A DNA stretch of 60,810 nt from Clostridia bacterium (lineage in GTDB: Bacteria; Bacillota; Clostridia; Christensenellales; UBA1242). Below are positions 1 to 11,251 of this stretch, one piece after another. The stretch spans positions 1 through 60,810 of the forward strand of contig JAVVRP010000005.1 of assembly GCA_036654655.1 (NCBI GenBank), read 5' to 3'. The stretch's first letter is position 1; each line of letters begins with the position of its first letter. The position numbers and the translations under genes were made by a program. The notes under the pieces are model-generated. The model did no database searches, was not told the origin of the DNA, and saw only the letters and a program-made list of their open reading frames with translations.

Positions 1-331
1 AATCGATATTTTTTATGGTTTTTTTTATTCTGCTTTATTTAATCTTGTTTGCGCACATTGTTTTTATCCAGCCCGTCTTATTGTTAGTTTTTGTTTTAAT
101 TTTTATATGTTTATTGTTTAATATGTCATTTTATCGTGTTATATTTTTATTATATTATTTTCTAAAATTATTTTTTAATTGTATTATTTTTGATATATTT
201 TGGTATATTATTTTGATATATTTTTTATTTTATATTTTTTTAAATGATATTGTTTTTTTTAAAAATATTATTTTTTTTATTATATTGTTTTTTTTATTAT
301 ATTGTTTTTAATGTATGTTTATTAATAAAAT

Positions 332-360
332 AAAAACCCATCAATGTTTGACGAGTTTTT
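332..360 (-). terminator. Rho-independent terminator of groES-groEL
   Basis: On - strand ACTCGTCAA-aca-TTGATGGGT stem (G:U pairs) followed by a T-run, about 25 nt after the groEL stop. Confidence 0.75.
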
Positions 361-383
361 ATTTTAAAATTTATTTATTTGTT

Positions 384-2308
<1,925 letters not shown>

Positions 2309-2342
2309 ATTTAATTCTCCTTTGCTTATTTCTTTATGCTTT

Positions 2343-2371
2343 ATTATACAACAAAATTAACAATTTTTCAA
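2343..2371 (-). promoter_or_regulatory. sigma-A promoter of groESL
   Basis: TTGAAA-N17-TATAAT on - strand, about 35 nt upstream of groES ATG. Confidence 0.75.
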
Positions 2372-2445
2372 GCAGATTAGTTTTTTATCACTGCATAAAT
2401 TGTTGAAGGTTGTCATAAACATATTGTTATATAAAGGGTTGCAAA

Positions 2446-3225
2446 ATGCAAGAAAACGGGACAAAAAGTTTTTCGGAAAAAATTTTTATAGCGTCATTTT
2501 TAACGCTTTGTTTTGTTATTTGCATTGCCTTTGCAAGTATGACCGCAACACTTATAACAAGTGAAATTTCACAAATAAACGCAGATAATCAAATAAAACT
2601 TTCTGCATACAATGTTTTTGCCATTAATTTGGGCACATTTAAAACAGAAGAAAGTGCTAAAAAAGCGTCCAATGAATACAGATTACAAAATGCATCTGGA
2701 TTTATTTGGAAACACGATGGCAACTTTATGGTTTTTGCTTCTGCATATGAAAATGTTTCTGACGCAGAAAAAGTGCTTGCAAAAATTTCTGAAAAACATG
2801 AAACTGCCTTAATTTTTAAAATAGAACTTTTACAACTTGTTTTAACTGGAAATTTTTCTTCCAACGAAAAAGAAGTTTTATCAAAATCGCTTTCTCTTTT
2901 TAAATTGTGCTTTTCAAAACTTTTGGATATTACAATTTCTTTGGACACAAAAATCTCTTCACCCATTGAATGTTTGTTAAGAATAAACGAACTTAAAAGT
3001 GATGTTTCAAAAATTAAATCAGATTTAACAACCATATTTTTAAAAAATTCCACAGTGGAACTTCTTTCTTTAAAATCAAACATTGCCATGCTTGAAAAAA
3101 AAGTTGGTTTACTTGCAAAAGCAGAAAATTATGAAAATCAATTTTTTTCTCAACAAATAAAATATACTCAAATTGAATCAATTTCCTTGCAAAAACAATT
3201 ATATGAAAATATTTTGGTAAAATAA
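2446..3225 (+). CDS. Membrane-anchored SPOR-domain protein (SpoIIB-like)
   Basis: N-terminal TM helix, then YNVFAINLGTFKTEESAKKAS resembling the SPOR peptidoglycan-binding domain, then a helical C-terminus. Confidence 0.6.
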   Translation: MQENGTKSFSEKIFIASFLTLCFVICIAFASMTATLITSEISQINADNQIKLSAYNVFAINLGTFKTEESAKKASNEYRLQNASGFIWKHDGNFMVFASAYENVSDAEKVLAKISEKHETALIFKIELLQLVLTGNFSSNEKEVLSKSLSLFKLCFSKLLDITISLDTKISSPIECLLRINELKSDVSKIKSDLTTIFLKNSTVELLSLKSNIAMLEKKVGLLAKAENYENQFFSQQIKYTQIESISLQKQLYENILVK

Positions 3226-3251
3226 ATTTAACAAAACTGCAACGTTTTGTT

Positions 3252-3279
3252 TTGCAAATTTTGTTAATTATGATATAAT
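3252..3279 (+). promoter_or_regulatory. sigma-A promoter of fba
   Basis: TTGCAA-N16-TATAAT with extended TGn. Confidence 0.6.
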
Positions 3280-3301
3280 GCACCATATTTATGGTGATTA
3301 A

Positions 3302-4201
3302 ATGAATTTAAAAGATGAACTTAAAAAGGCTAGCGAAGGCGGATATGCACTTGGTGCATTTAATTTTTTTGATGAAAACTCATTAAAAGCAATTGCTCAT
3401 GGTGCAAAAAATTTTCCTGTAATTGGAGCAATTTCTCAAAGTTCTTTTGATTTTATTGGAGAAACCTTTTTAAAAGCATTGGTTATTTCTTCTCATAAAG
3501 AATTTCCAAACTTATTTTTTCACTTGGACCATGGAGCAAATTTTGAAATTTGCAAAAAATGTGTGGACATGGGGTTTGACAGTGTTATGATTGACGCTAG
3601 TTCTTTGCCATTTTTGCAAAATATTGCAATTACAAAATCTGTGGTGGACTACGCCCACTTAAAAAATGTTTTGGTGGAAGCCGAACTTGGAACTCTTTCT
3701 GGCATTGAAGATTTGGTTTCTGGTGAAGAATGTTTTACAAAAGCAAATCAAGCAAAAGAGTTTGTTAAAAAAACAAACTGCGACAGTTTGGCTGTTTCTA
3801 TCGGCACAAAACATGGCGCATTTAAGTTTGCAGGCACACCTACACTTAGGCTGGATATTCTTGAAGATATTGAAAACTTAATACCAAACACTCCAATAGT
3901 TTTGCATGGTTCAAGTTCTGTAAACAAAAAATTATTAGATGCGTTTAGAAAATCGGGCGGAGAAATTGATAACGCTTGTGGAGTTCCTGAAAATCTTTTA
4001 ATAAACGCTGTAAAGTTCCATCATGTTGCAAAAATTAATGTTGACACAGATTTAAGAATTTGTTTTACAACCGCACTTAGAGAATTTTTTTCTAATAATA
4101 AACGCAATTTTTGTCCACGAGATTCGTTACGCATGGCTTATTGGGCAATTGAATGTTCTGTTTGGGATAAAATAAAAAATGTTTTTGGAGTATGCAAATA
4201 A
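3302..4201 (+). CDS. fba: Class II fructose-bisphosphate aldolase
   Basis: GYALGAFN, HLDHG, SVMIDAS, VEAELG, GTKHG, VLHGSS, KINVDTD motifs. Confidence 0.93.
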   Translation: MNLKDELKKASEGGYALGAFNFFDENSLKAIAHGAKNFPVIGAISQSSFDFIGETFLKALVISSHKEFPNLFFHLDHGANFEICKKCVDMGFDSVMIDASSLPFLQNIAITKSVVDYAHLKNVLVEAELGTLSGIEDLVSGEECFTKANQAKEFVKKTNCDSLAVSIGTKHGAFKFAGTPTLRLDILEDIENLIPNTPIVLHGSSSVNKKLLDAFRKSGGEIDNACGVPENLLINAVKFHHVAKINVDTDLRICFTTALREFFSNNKRNFCPRDSLRMAYWAIECSVWDKIKNVFGVCK

Positions 4202-4229
4202 AAAAGTAAGCATTTGTCTTACTTTTTTT
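4200..4229. terminator. Bidirectional terminator between fba and the coiled-coil gene
   Basis: AAAAAAGTAAG-catttgt-CTTACTTTTTTT between convergent genes. Confidence 0.8.
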
Positions 4230-4235
4230 GTTTAA

Positions 4236-6818
4236 TTATGTAATTAGATAATCATTTATTTCTTCTTTAAGTTTTTCTTTAAAGGTTTTATCGTCTTCGG
4301 CTGTGTATTTTGAAATTACATCTTTGGCAGTTTGTATATCTTTTGTTTTTGCAATTTCTGTGTAATTTGTTCCAAAAATTTTGTCTATTGTTGCAATAAT
4401 TTTTGTTTTTGCAATTTTGTCTATTCCCATTTGATTGGCCAAATATTTTCCTTCCCACGTTGAATAATCAATTTTTGCATTAAATAATTTTTGAGCAAGT
4501 GCTAGCATTGAAACCCTTTCTGCGGAAAGACAAGCATCCAAAGCAAACTTTTTTGATTTTCTTTTGCTTATAATGGTTTCATGTTTTTTAATTTCTTTAA
4601 GTGTTTCTTTTACTTGATTAATTAAATACTTGCAAACTTCTTTTTTTGTAATAACATTTAAAACTGGCTTAATTTTGGGCTTGCTTGCTTCTATTAATAT
4701 TTTATTATTCTCTTCAAGTTGGTTAATTCTCTCTTTATTCTTTTTTGTTTCCTTGTTTTTATTTGCAATTCTTTCTTTATTTTTTGCAATAGTGTTGTGT
4801 GCATCTTCAAGTTCTTGATTGGCATTTGCAATCATTTTTTCAAAATCTTTATTTTTACTTTGAGTTTCTTTAACCTGAAATTCTGCGTTTTTTAATTGTT
4901 CTTTTGTTGCACTATTAGATTTTAATAATTCTTCATATTTTTGCTTTGCATCCAAAAAATCTTTTTCATTTTGTATTTGGGTATTTTTAAATCTTTCTAA
5001 AAATACATTTGCAACTAACATTTTATCGGATAAAATTCTGTTTTTATCTTTCACTTCTTCAATGTATTGCTTTGCTTGTTCATAGCCACTTTTAATAAAT
5101 TTATTTTCTTCTGCGATATTTCTATTTTTTTTATTAAACTCAAAAAGTTCTTTATCTTTTTGGTCTATTGCAATTTTAAACGCATTGCCATCAATAACAC
5201 TTTTTGTTTTTAAATTGGCAACAATCTTATTTGCTTCTTCTAATTTTTTTTCAGTCAGTTTTGCAATTTCTAAAATGTGTTCATATCTTGATTTGTATTC
5301 TTCGGTTTCCTTTTTTGAATTTTCAATTTCTAATTTTAAATCTTTAATTATTTTTTGTGAATCTTTTAATTGAGTTTGTGTGTTTAAATAAGTTTGATAA
5401 AGCATTCCATATTCATATTTTGTTGCTAATAAATCATTTTCAATTTTATTTTTATTTTGGTTTAATATTTCAATTTGTAATTGTGTTTCTTTTAGCACTT
5501 TTTCTGTTGAATTGTTTTTGTTGCTTAATTTTTTATACAATTCTTTTAATTCCTCTAACTTGTTAGAAACATATTTTTTTTGTAAGTTTAAATCTTCCAT
5601 TTCTTTTTTTGCATTGTTTAATGATTCTGAAACTTTTTTGTAGTTATTATTTAAATACAAATAATTATCATTAACTTCTGCTAATTTATTTTTTAAATTT
5701 GAGTTCTCATTTTTTGCATTTTTAAGTTCTTTTTCTGTTAACTCACTTTTTTCTACAAGTGCGTTATACAACTTGCCAGCGGATATTAATTGTTCTTTAA
5801 CTTTGGCATTTTCTTGCTTTAACGCACTTATTTCTTGATTATTTTTGTCAATTTTTGCATTTAATTCATTAATATTTATTATTGCAGTTTCAATTTCTTT
5901 TTTACTGGCAAGTTCTGAATTTTTTAAAATTTGATATTTATTTTCAGCATTTTCAAGTTGCTGTTTTAAAATTGAATTTTCATTAATTATTGAATTGTAT
6001 TTTAATCTTAACGCAACTAATTTATTGTTAGTTTCTTTAAGTTCGGATTCTGCTGTTTTAATTGGGGTTTGAGGTTGATCAACAAATTTAAAATCATCAG
6101 CATTTACTGACGCTTTGGACAATCTTGTTGAATTAAAAAACGAATCAGTAACTTTGTTTGCAAGCATTTTTGCACTTATTATATTTGTGTTTGGTGGCAA
6201 CGCAGCCAAATCATTTGAAAGTTTTTGCATTAACGCTTGATACATGATTTTTTTGTCATTTTGATTGTTAAAATTTATTTGGAAAAAAATTTGAACCATT
6301 GCAAATGACTTTGACACATTTATGAGTTGTTGTATTTCGGGGCTTGTGCTTTTGCTAATTTTTGCAAACGCTGATTGCGTGCAAGATTCAACAATTTTTG
6401 CCAATCGTTCGGCAGAACTTAATGTTGTGTGTCCGTCTGGGCGAGTTAAATTTTTTGTGAAATACAATTTTCCAATATTAATTTTTTTTACGGGGCGAAA
6501 AATGTTTAAAATTGCGTTTTTAAGAAAACCTGTTTCAATTAACTTTGCCACATATGGGCCTTTTTTATTTTCATAAATTTTTACTGCAAAACTTTTTTGT
6601 ATTGCCTTTTTAATTGAAGTGTAATTATCGTTTTCCACTGGTGTAAAAGCATAATTATATTGCCCTTTTTTTATAAGTGGCAATTCTAGCAAACCAGTGT
6701 TATTTGGGTCTGGAATTATACTCGAAAATTCTTCTTTAATAATATTTAAAAAGTCCATTGCCGTTAATGTGGCATTGTTACTGTTAATTTTTAACATCGC
6801 TTTTAGTGCTTGAAACAT
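4236..6818 (-). CDS. Large coiled-coil hypothetical protein (~860 aa)
   Basis: Long K/E/N/L heptad region flanked by globular N- and C-terminal parts; no signal peptide or TM; start moved to MFQALK behind a GGAGGGG RBS (ORF track starts at 6851). Confidence 0.85.
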   Translation of the reverse strand: MFQALKAMLKINSNNATLTAMDFLNIIKEEFSSIIPDPNNTGLLELPLIKKGQYNYAFTPVENDNYTSIKKAIQKSFAVKIYENKKGPYVAKLIETGFLKNAILNIFRPVKKINIGKLYFTKNLTRPDGHTTLSSAERLAKIVESCTQSAFAKISKSTSPEIQQLINVSKSFAMVQIFFQINFNNQNDKKIMYQALMQKLSNDLAALPPNTNIISAKMLANKVTDSFFNSTRLSKASVNADDFKFVDQPQTPIKTAESELKETNNKLVALRLKYNSIINENSILKQQLENAENKYQILKNSELASKKEIETAIININELNAKIDKNNQEISALKQENAKVKEQLISAGKLYNALVEKSELTEKELKNAKNENSNLKNKLAEVNDNYLYLNNNYKKVSESLNNAKKEMEDLNLQKKYVSNKLEELKELYKKLSNKNNSTEKVLKETQLQIEILNQNKNKIENDLLATKYEYGMLYQTYLNTQTQLKDSQKIIKDLKLEIENSKKETEEYKSRYEHILEIAKLTEKKLEEANKIVANLKTKSVIDGNAFKIAIDQKDKELFEFNKKNRNIAEENKFIKSGYEQAKQYIEEVKDKNRILSDKMLVANVFLERFKNTQIQNEKDFLDAKQKYEELLKSNSATKEQLKNAEFQVKETQSKNKDFEKMIANANQELEDAHNTIAKNKERIANKNKETKKNKERINQLEENNKILIEASKPKIKPVLNVITKKEVCKYLINQVKETLKEIKKHETIISKRKSKKFALDACLSAERVSMLALAQKLFNAKIDYSTWEGKYLANQMGIDKIAKTKIIATIDKIFGTNYTEIAKTKDIQTAKDVISKYTAEDDKTFKEKLKEEINDYLIT

Positions 6819-6892
6819 AATCCCCTCCAATTTTGCCTTGCAGTTTTGCATTTACCAAATTTATAAATTATAACAAAACCTTTGTTTCTTAC

Positions 6893-6921
6893 ATTTTAAC
6901 ACACATGTTGATGACTGTCAA
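6893..6921 (-). promoter_or_regulatory. sigma-A promoter of the coiled-coil gene
   Basis: TTGACA-N17-TAAAAT with TGn extension. Confidence 0.7.
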
Positions 6922-6950
6922 TACTAAGCCATTTTTTAATTTATTAAAAT

Positions 6951-9578
6951 TTAATCAAACAATTTTTTAACATAGGGCAGTGGAACAATTTTTAAAACTG
7001 TTCGGGACCTAGGCCCTGTTATTAAAAAGCACTCTCCAACGCCTGCTGTTACAATGGTGTTTTGCTCTTCCTGATTAATCTCTCCTGCTTTGCGATAAAG
7101 TTCCACAAGGTCGGTGATATCAACGGGGTTAAGTGAAAATATCATTGAATATTGGCTGGCATTGATAACTGCGGTGGACTGACGTTGAATTTCTTCCGAA
7201 CCAACAAAATCTTTTATGTTTTGGGTGATAATAATTTGCATTCCGTCATACTTTCTTATACGTTTTGCCATTTGTTGCATAAAGTCCAGCGCTATTGGAT
7301 ATTTTGGATTAATAAAAATATGCGCTTCATCAACTGCTACAATAATTTTTCTTTTAACTTTAAGTTTGGCATTAAACTCTTTATTTTTAACAATTTCATT
7401 CATTAAATAACGAAATATCAAAAGCATTTGTGCATTTGCAATAACTTGATTGTTGTTTGCTATTAATGATTGAAAATTAAAACAAACAAAATTTTCTCGT
7501 GTTACTATGCTGGTAGGTCCATTCCACAAATTAGAGTTTCTTCCACCAGTGGCAAACTTTCTTATGTAATTGCCAATTATTATTAGGTTGGTTTTGTGAT
7601 ATTCATTTGTTTCATTTACAATCTTTTTTTCAATTAATTCAAATAAATCGTCAAAAACTGGATAGTCGCCAGGCTTAAATTTTTCAAACTTTGTTTTAAA
7701 ATCTATACCCTTTTTTTTGTAAACTTCAACAACGCAACTGTTAAGCGTTTCAAATGCGTCAGAACTTATTCCTTCCAAAATAACCTTAAAAAATTGCTCC
7801 AAGAATTGAAGATGCAATGAAAACGAATCGTCAACCCCACCCTCATCCGATTCCAAACTTGTTGTTATGTGAAAGGGATTAATAATTCCCATCATTGATG
7901 AGCCAACATCAATCATTTTGCCATGTAAATTATTTACAAGAGTTGAATATTCATTTTCGGGGTCCAATATGAACACTTTTGTGTTATCCGCAGAAAAATT
8001 TGCTAGCAATGTTTTTGTTGCATAGGATTTTCCAGAACCTGACTTTCCAATTATTATTATATTGGAGTTAACTCTTTCGTAATCTCGTTTAAAAAAATCA
8101 ACAAAAACTGGATATTCATTATCACCAATATAAAATCCTTTTACGTCTTGCAAAGCGCCAGAAACAAATGGAAAAATTGCAGATAGTGTTGTTGTTGGAA
8201 TTCCTCTTTTTGTTTCTTTTATTGTATCTCGCATAGACACGTTTGAACTTACAAATGCATCAACCTGGCGTCCAAACAATTCACTACACTTAAAGCCTTC
8301 TTGCCTTAAAATTGCTCTAACTTCTTTTTTTGCAGGCTCTTCACAAATAATAAATGAATTAACATCAAATAATTGTTGATTGTTATTTTTCATGTCCATA
8401 AGTAAATTTTGAAGCGTTTCAAGGTGGGTTTTGTTTTCAATTATTTTAGAACTTACTCCGCTTCCAAAAAGTTTTCCTTGCATTTCTGCAATTGCTTTAT
8501 CAATTGCTTTTTCACTTTCAAACTTTGCAAGTGGGGTAATTTTTACATTTACGCGTGTTCTATCAAGTAAAAATAATGGTGCTCCCCAAGCATTTTGAAC
8601 TTGTAAAGGATAGTCGGAAATTACAAACTGCCTGTAAGGTTTGTTATTTATCAAAACTCTTGAAGCCTGAAATTTAACATTATTTGGCTTTGCCCAATCT
8701 GATTGACTTTGCATTGCAACGCCTTCTAGTTCTCGCTCATCAAATTCTTTTCCATAATTTGCTTTAAGAAAAACTGCTAATTCTTCTGTGGTTTCCAAGC
8801 GATGTGTAGACAATGAAGTAACGCTGTTTGCAAGAGTTGACATCATTGCATTCACAGTGTTTTCAAGTGCAACTTTATCTTTATCATACACAACAATATA
8901 AAAAAAGTCTTTATAAATTTTTTCGTTTCGATTGCTTGCTTCAAGATTTGTAACTCGCTCTTCAAAAACACCCGAACGCGCTTCAATTTCTGCGGGTGAC
9001 ATTTCTCCGTTGTATTGAAGTTCTAACAAATTATCATACTTTTTGTCCTCATTATAAATATAATTGTCCAAAATCATTGCTTTATTAATTTTCATAATTG
9101 AACAAACTTGTGTGGTGTTAAGCCTATGAAGCGCCTTTCCTATATTATCGAGCAAAAGTTCTTGCTTGTAAGAATCCAAAATTCCAAACTCTATTGGATT
9201 TACTTCAAACACTTGCGCATAATAATTTTTAAAACTTATGTATCTGCCTTCAACAATATCATCAAAAGGTAAAATTTGACTAATTGGAGCACTACCTTTA
9301 ATTTTTTCTTTTGAATATTTTTTTTGTTGTGCGCTAAACCTAAAAAGATGGAGCAACGTCATGTAAAATCTTTCGCCATCTGCAATTGGAACAAACATTG
9401 TTATGCAAATTAAAAGCCATGCTATCCCAATCCATATATTAATTAGTCCGCCAAAATTTGAACGAAAAAATATTATTGCAACAACAATGGCTATCACACC
9501 CAAAATTATATCAACTATTGTAATGTTTTTGAACAACTCAATTTTAATTTTTGTACGTTTTGGAATTATCTTTGCCAT
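6951..9578 (-). CDS. virB4: VirB4/TraE-family type IV secretion ATPase with fused N-terminal PrgI/VirB3-like 2-TM domain
   Basis: Walker A GKSGSGKS, ILDPENEY, Walker B IIVAVDEAH, KRIRKYDG and ITQNIKDF motifs typical of VirB4; N-terminal IPK...2 TM...RF..QKKY segment; GAGGAG RBS. Confidence 0.9.
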   Translation of the reverse strand: MAKIIPKRTKIKIELFKNITIVDIILGVIAIVVAIIFFRSNFGGLINIWIGIAWLLICITMFVPIADGERFYMTLLHLFRFSAQQKKYSKEKIKGSAPISQILPFDDIVEGRYISFKNYYAQVFEVNPIEFGILDSYKQELLLDNIGKALHRLNTTQVCSIMKINKAMILDNYIYNEDKKYDNLLELQYNGEMSPAEIEARSGVFEERVTNLEASNRNEKIYKDFFYIVVYDKDKVALENTVNAMMSTLANSVTSLSTHRLETTEELAVFLKANYGKEFDERELEGVAMQSQSDWAKPNNVKFQASRVLINNKPYRQFVISDYPLQVQNAWGAPLFLLDRTRVNVKITPLAKFESEKAIDKAIAEMQGKLFGSGVSSKIIENKTHLETLQNLLMDMKNNNQQLFDVNSFIICEEPAKKEVRAILRQEGFKCSELFGRQVDAFVSSNVSMRDTIKETKRGIPTTTLSAIFPFVSGALQDVKGFYIGDNEYPVFVDFFKRDYERVNSNIIIIGKSGSGKSYATKTLLANFSADNTKVFILDPENEYSTLVNNLHGKMIDVGSSMMGIINPFHITTSLESDEGGVDDSFSLHLQFLEQFFKVILEGISSDAFETLNSCVVEVYKKKGIDFKTKFEKFKPGDYPVFDDLFELIEKKIVNETNEYHKTNLIIIGNYIRKFATGGRNSNLWNGPTSIVTRENFVCFNFQSLIANNNQVIANAQMLLIFRYLMNEIVKNKEFNAKLKVKRKIIVAVDEAHIFINPKYPIALDFMQQMAKRIRKYDGMQIIITQNIKDFVGSEEIQRQSTAVINASQYSMIFSLNPVDITDLVELYRKAGEINQEEQNTIVTAGVGECFLITGPRSRTVLKIVPLPYVKKLFD

Positions 9579-9711
9579 GTTTTCTCCTCATTTTGTTTGA
9601 TTATTGCAAATTTCACTAAATATCAAATTAATGTTACAAAACAAGTATATACATTTTTAACAAAAAAACAAAACATTTTATAACTTTTTTAAAAATGAAT
9701 TTGTATTATGT

Positions 9712-9750
9712 AAAAAAAAATTATCAAACATTACGCTCAATAATTTTTTT
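9712..9750 (-). terminator. Terminator of the alpha operon after rplQ
   Basis: ATTATTGAGC-gtaat-GTTTGATAAT stem with G:U pairs then a T-run on - strand. Confidence 0.7.
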
Positions 9751-9769
9751 AATAGTTTTTAACATTAAA

Positions 9770-10279
9770 TTAAATAAGTTCAACAATTGCAACTGGTGCG
9801 GAATCACCACGGCGCATTCCAAGTTTTGTTACCCTTGTGTATCCGCCTGCTGTTCCAAGTTCTTTTGAACGTTCTGCATATTTTGGTGCATAAACGTTAA
9901 AGATTTTTTCTATTAGTGGATGATTTACACCTTTAACACGCTCGTCAAACTTTGCTTTTGATTCTTTTGGCAAACGCTGTTCTTGTTTATCATACAAAAA
10001 TGCCATAAGTTGACGTCTTGCAGAAAGTTTTTTTGAACCGTCATTAATAACTTCAACCTGAACCATGTTACCTTTGTCATCTTTAACTGTTTTAGACACC
10101 TTTACGGTATCTGTGTAAGTGTTAATTGCTTTTGTTAACAACTTTTCGGCTTTTGAAGCAACTGATTTTGCTTTAACAAGCGTTGTTTCAATTTTGCCGT
10201 ACCACAAAAAGTCGGTCACTAATCCACGAAGAAGTGCCATTTTTTCTTTTGATGGTCGTCCTAATTTGTCATTTGCCAT
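9770..10279 (-). CDS. rplQ: 50S ribosomal protein L17 (long form with insertions)
   Basis: KLGRP, GKIETT...KAK, GGYTRVTKLGMRRGDSAP; position after rpoA. Confidence 0.97.
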   Translation of the reverse strand: MANDKLGRPSKEKMALLRGLVTDFLWYGKIETTLVKAKSVASKAEKLLTKAINTYTDTVKVSKTVKDDKGNMVQVEVINDGSKKLSARRQLMAFLYDKQEQRLPKESKAKFDERVKGVNHPLIEKIFNVYAPKYAERSKELGTAGGYTRVTKLGMRRGDSAPVAIVELI

Positions 10280-10282
10280 TTT

Positions 10283-11236
10283 TTACTCCTCATTCGATTT
10301 AAGTTCAAGCCCAAGGTCTTTAAGTTTGCCAACAACTTCTTCAATGGATTTTAGCCCAAGGTTGCGGACTTTTAACATATCATCTTTTGATTTTTTTAAA
10401 AGATCTTCAATTGTGTTTATGCTTGCTCTTTTTAAACAATTATAAGAACGAACAGAAAGATCCATTTCTTCTATTGGCATTTCAAGCATTTTTGTTTTTG
10501 GAGAATCTTCCTTGGAAACCATTATTTCAACGCCCTTAACTTCTTCACAAAGGTCAACAAACAATTCCAAATGCTCTTGAACAATTTTTCCTGCCAAACT
10601 AACAACTTCTCTTGCAGTTACCGTTCCGTTTGTTTCAACTTCTAATGTAAGTTTATCAAAATCTATGCTTTGGCCAACGCGAGTACTTTCTATTGCATAA
10701 TTAACTTTTCTTATTGGTGAATACAATGAATCAACTGCAATATAATCTACGCTGTCTACTCTTTCTTTGTTTTGCGAATTTGGAACATAACCTCTCCCAC
10801 AGCCAACAAGAATTTCCATTTCAAGTTTTGCACCTTCGTCTAGCGTGCAAATAAGTTGGTCGGGGTTTATAACCTGAATTTCACTTGTCACTTTAAAGTC
10901 GCTTGCCTTAACTGGGCCTGGTGTTGATCTGTTAATTTTCATGGTTGTTAAAAATTCCCTAGAAGGATTGTCACATTTTATTGCAATTCCTTTAACATTC
11001 AAAACAATTTCAACAACATCTTCTGCAACTCCCGGAATAGTTGAAAACTCATGAGGTACACCTGCAATTCTGATTGCTATTGGTGCAGTGCCCGGAAGTG
11101 CTGACATAAGAGTTCTTCGCATTGCATTTCCTATTGTTATTCCCGAGCCTCTTTCAAGTGGTTCAACAATGAATCTTGCAAAATTCCCTTTATCAGTTTC
11201 TTCACAACTAATTCTTGGTTTTTCAATTTCTATCAT
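10283..11236 (-). CDS. rpoA: RNA polymerase alpha subunit
   Basis: MIEIEKP, EPLERGSGITIGNAMRR, LSVRSYNCLKRA, VRNLGLKS; start moved to MIEIEK. Confidence 0.99.
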   Translation of the reverse strand: MIEIEKPRISCEETDKGNFARFIVEPLERGSGITIGNAMRRTLMSALPGTAPIAIRIAGVPHEFSTIPGVAEDVVEIVLNVKGIAIKCDNPSREFLTTMKINRSTPGPVKASDFKVTSEIQVINPDQLICTLDEGAKLEMEILVGCGRGYVPNSQNKERVDSVDYIAVDSLYSPIRKVNYAIESTRVGQSIDFDKLTLEVETNGTVTAREVVSLAGKIVQEHLELFVDLCEEVKGVEIMVSKEDSPKTKMLEMPIEEMDLSVRSYNCLKRASINTIEDLLKKSKDDMLKVRNLGLKSIEEVVGKLKDLGLELKSNEE

Positions 11237-11251
11237 ATTTTTCTCCTTCAA

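Noticed and set aside
15-311. 98-aa F/I/L/Y-rich ORF that looks like a membrane protein
   Set aside because: Artefact of T-rich low-complexity DNA; no RBS and no realistic composition.
2392-2430. sigma-E-like promoter (GCATAAA-N14-CATAAAC) before the SPOR gene
   Set aside because: Plausible for a sporulation gene, but the -10 match is too weak to call.
4236-6818. SMC/SbcC annotation for the coiled-coil protein
   Set aside because: No Walker A/B, ABC signature, hinge or CxxC hook motifs.
4236-9700. ICE or prophage around virB4
   Set aside because: No integrase, relaxase, coupling protein, phage genes, flanking direct repeats or tRNA target visible.
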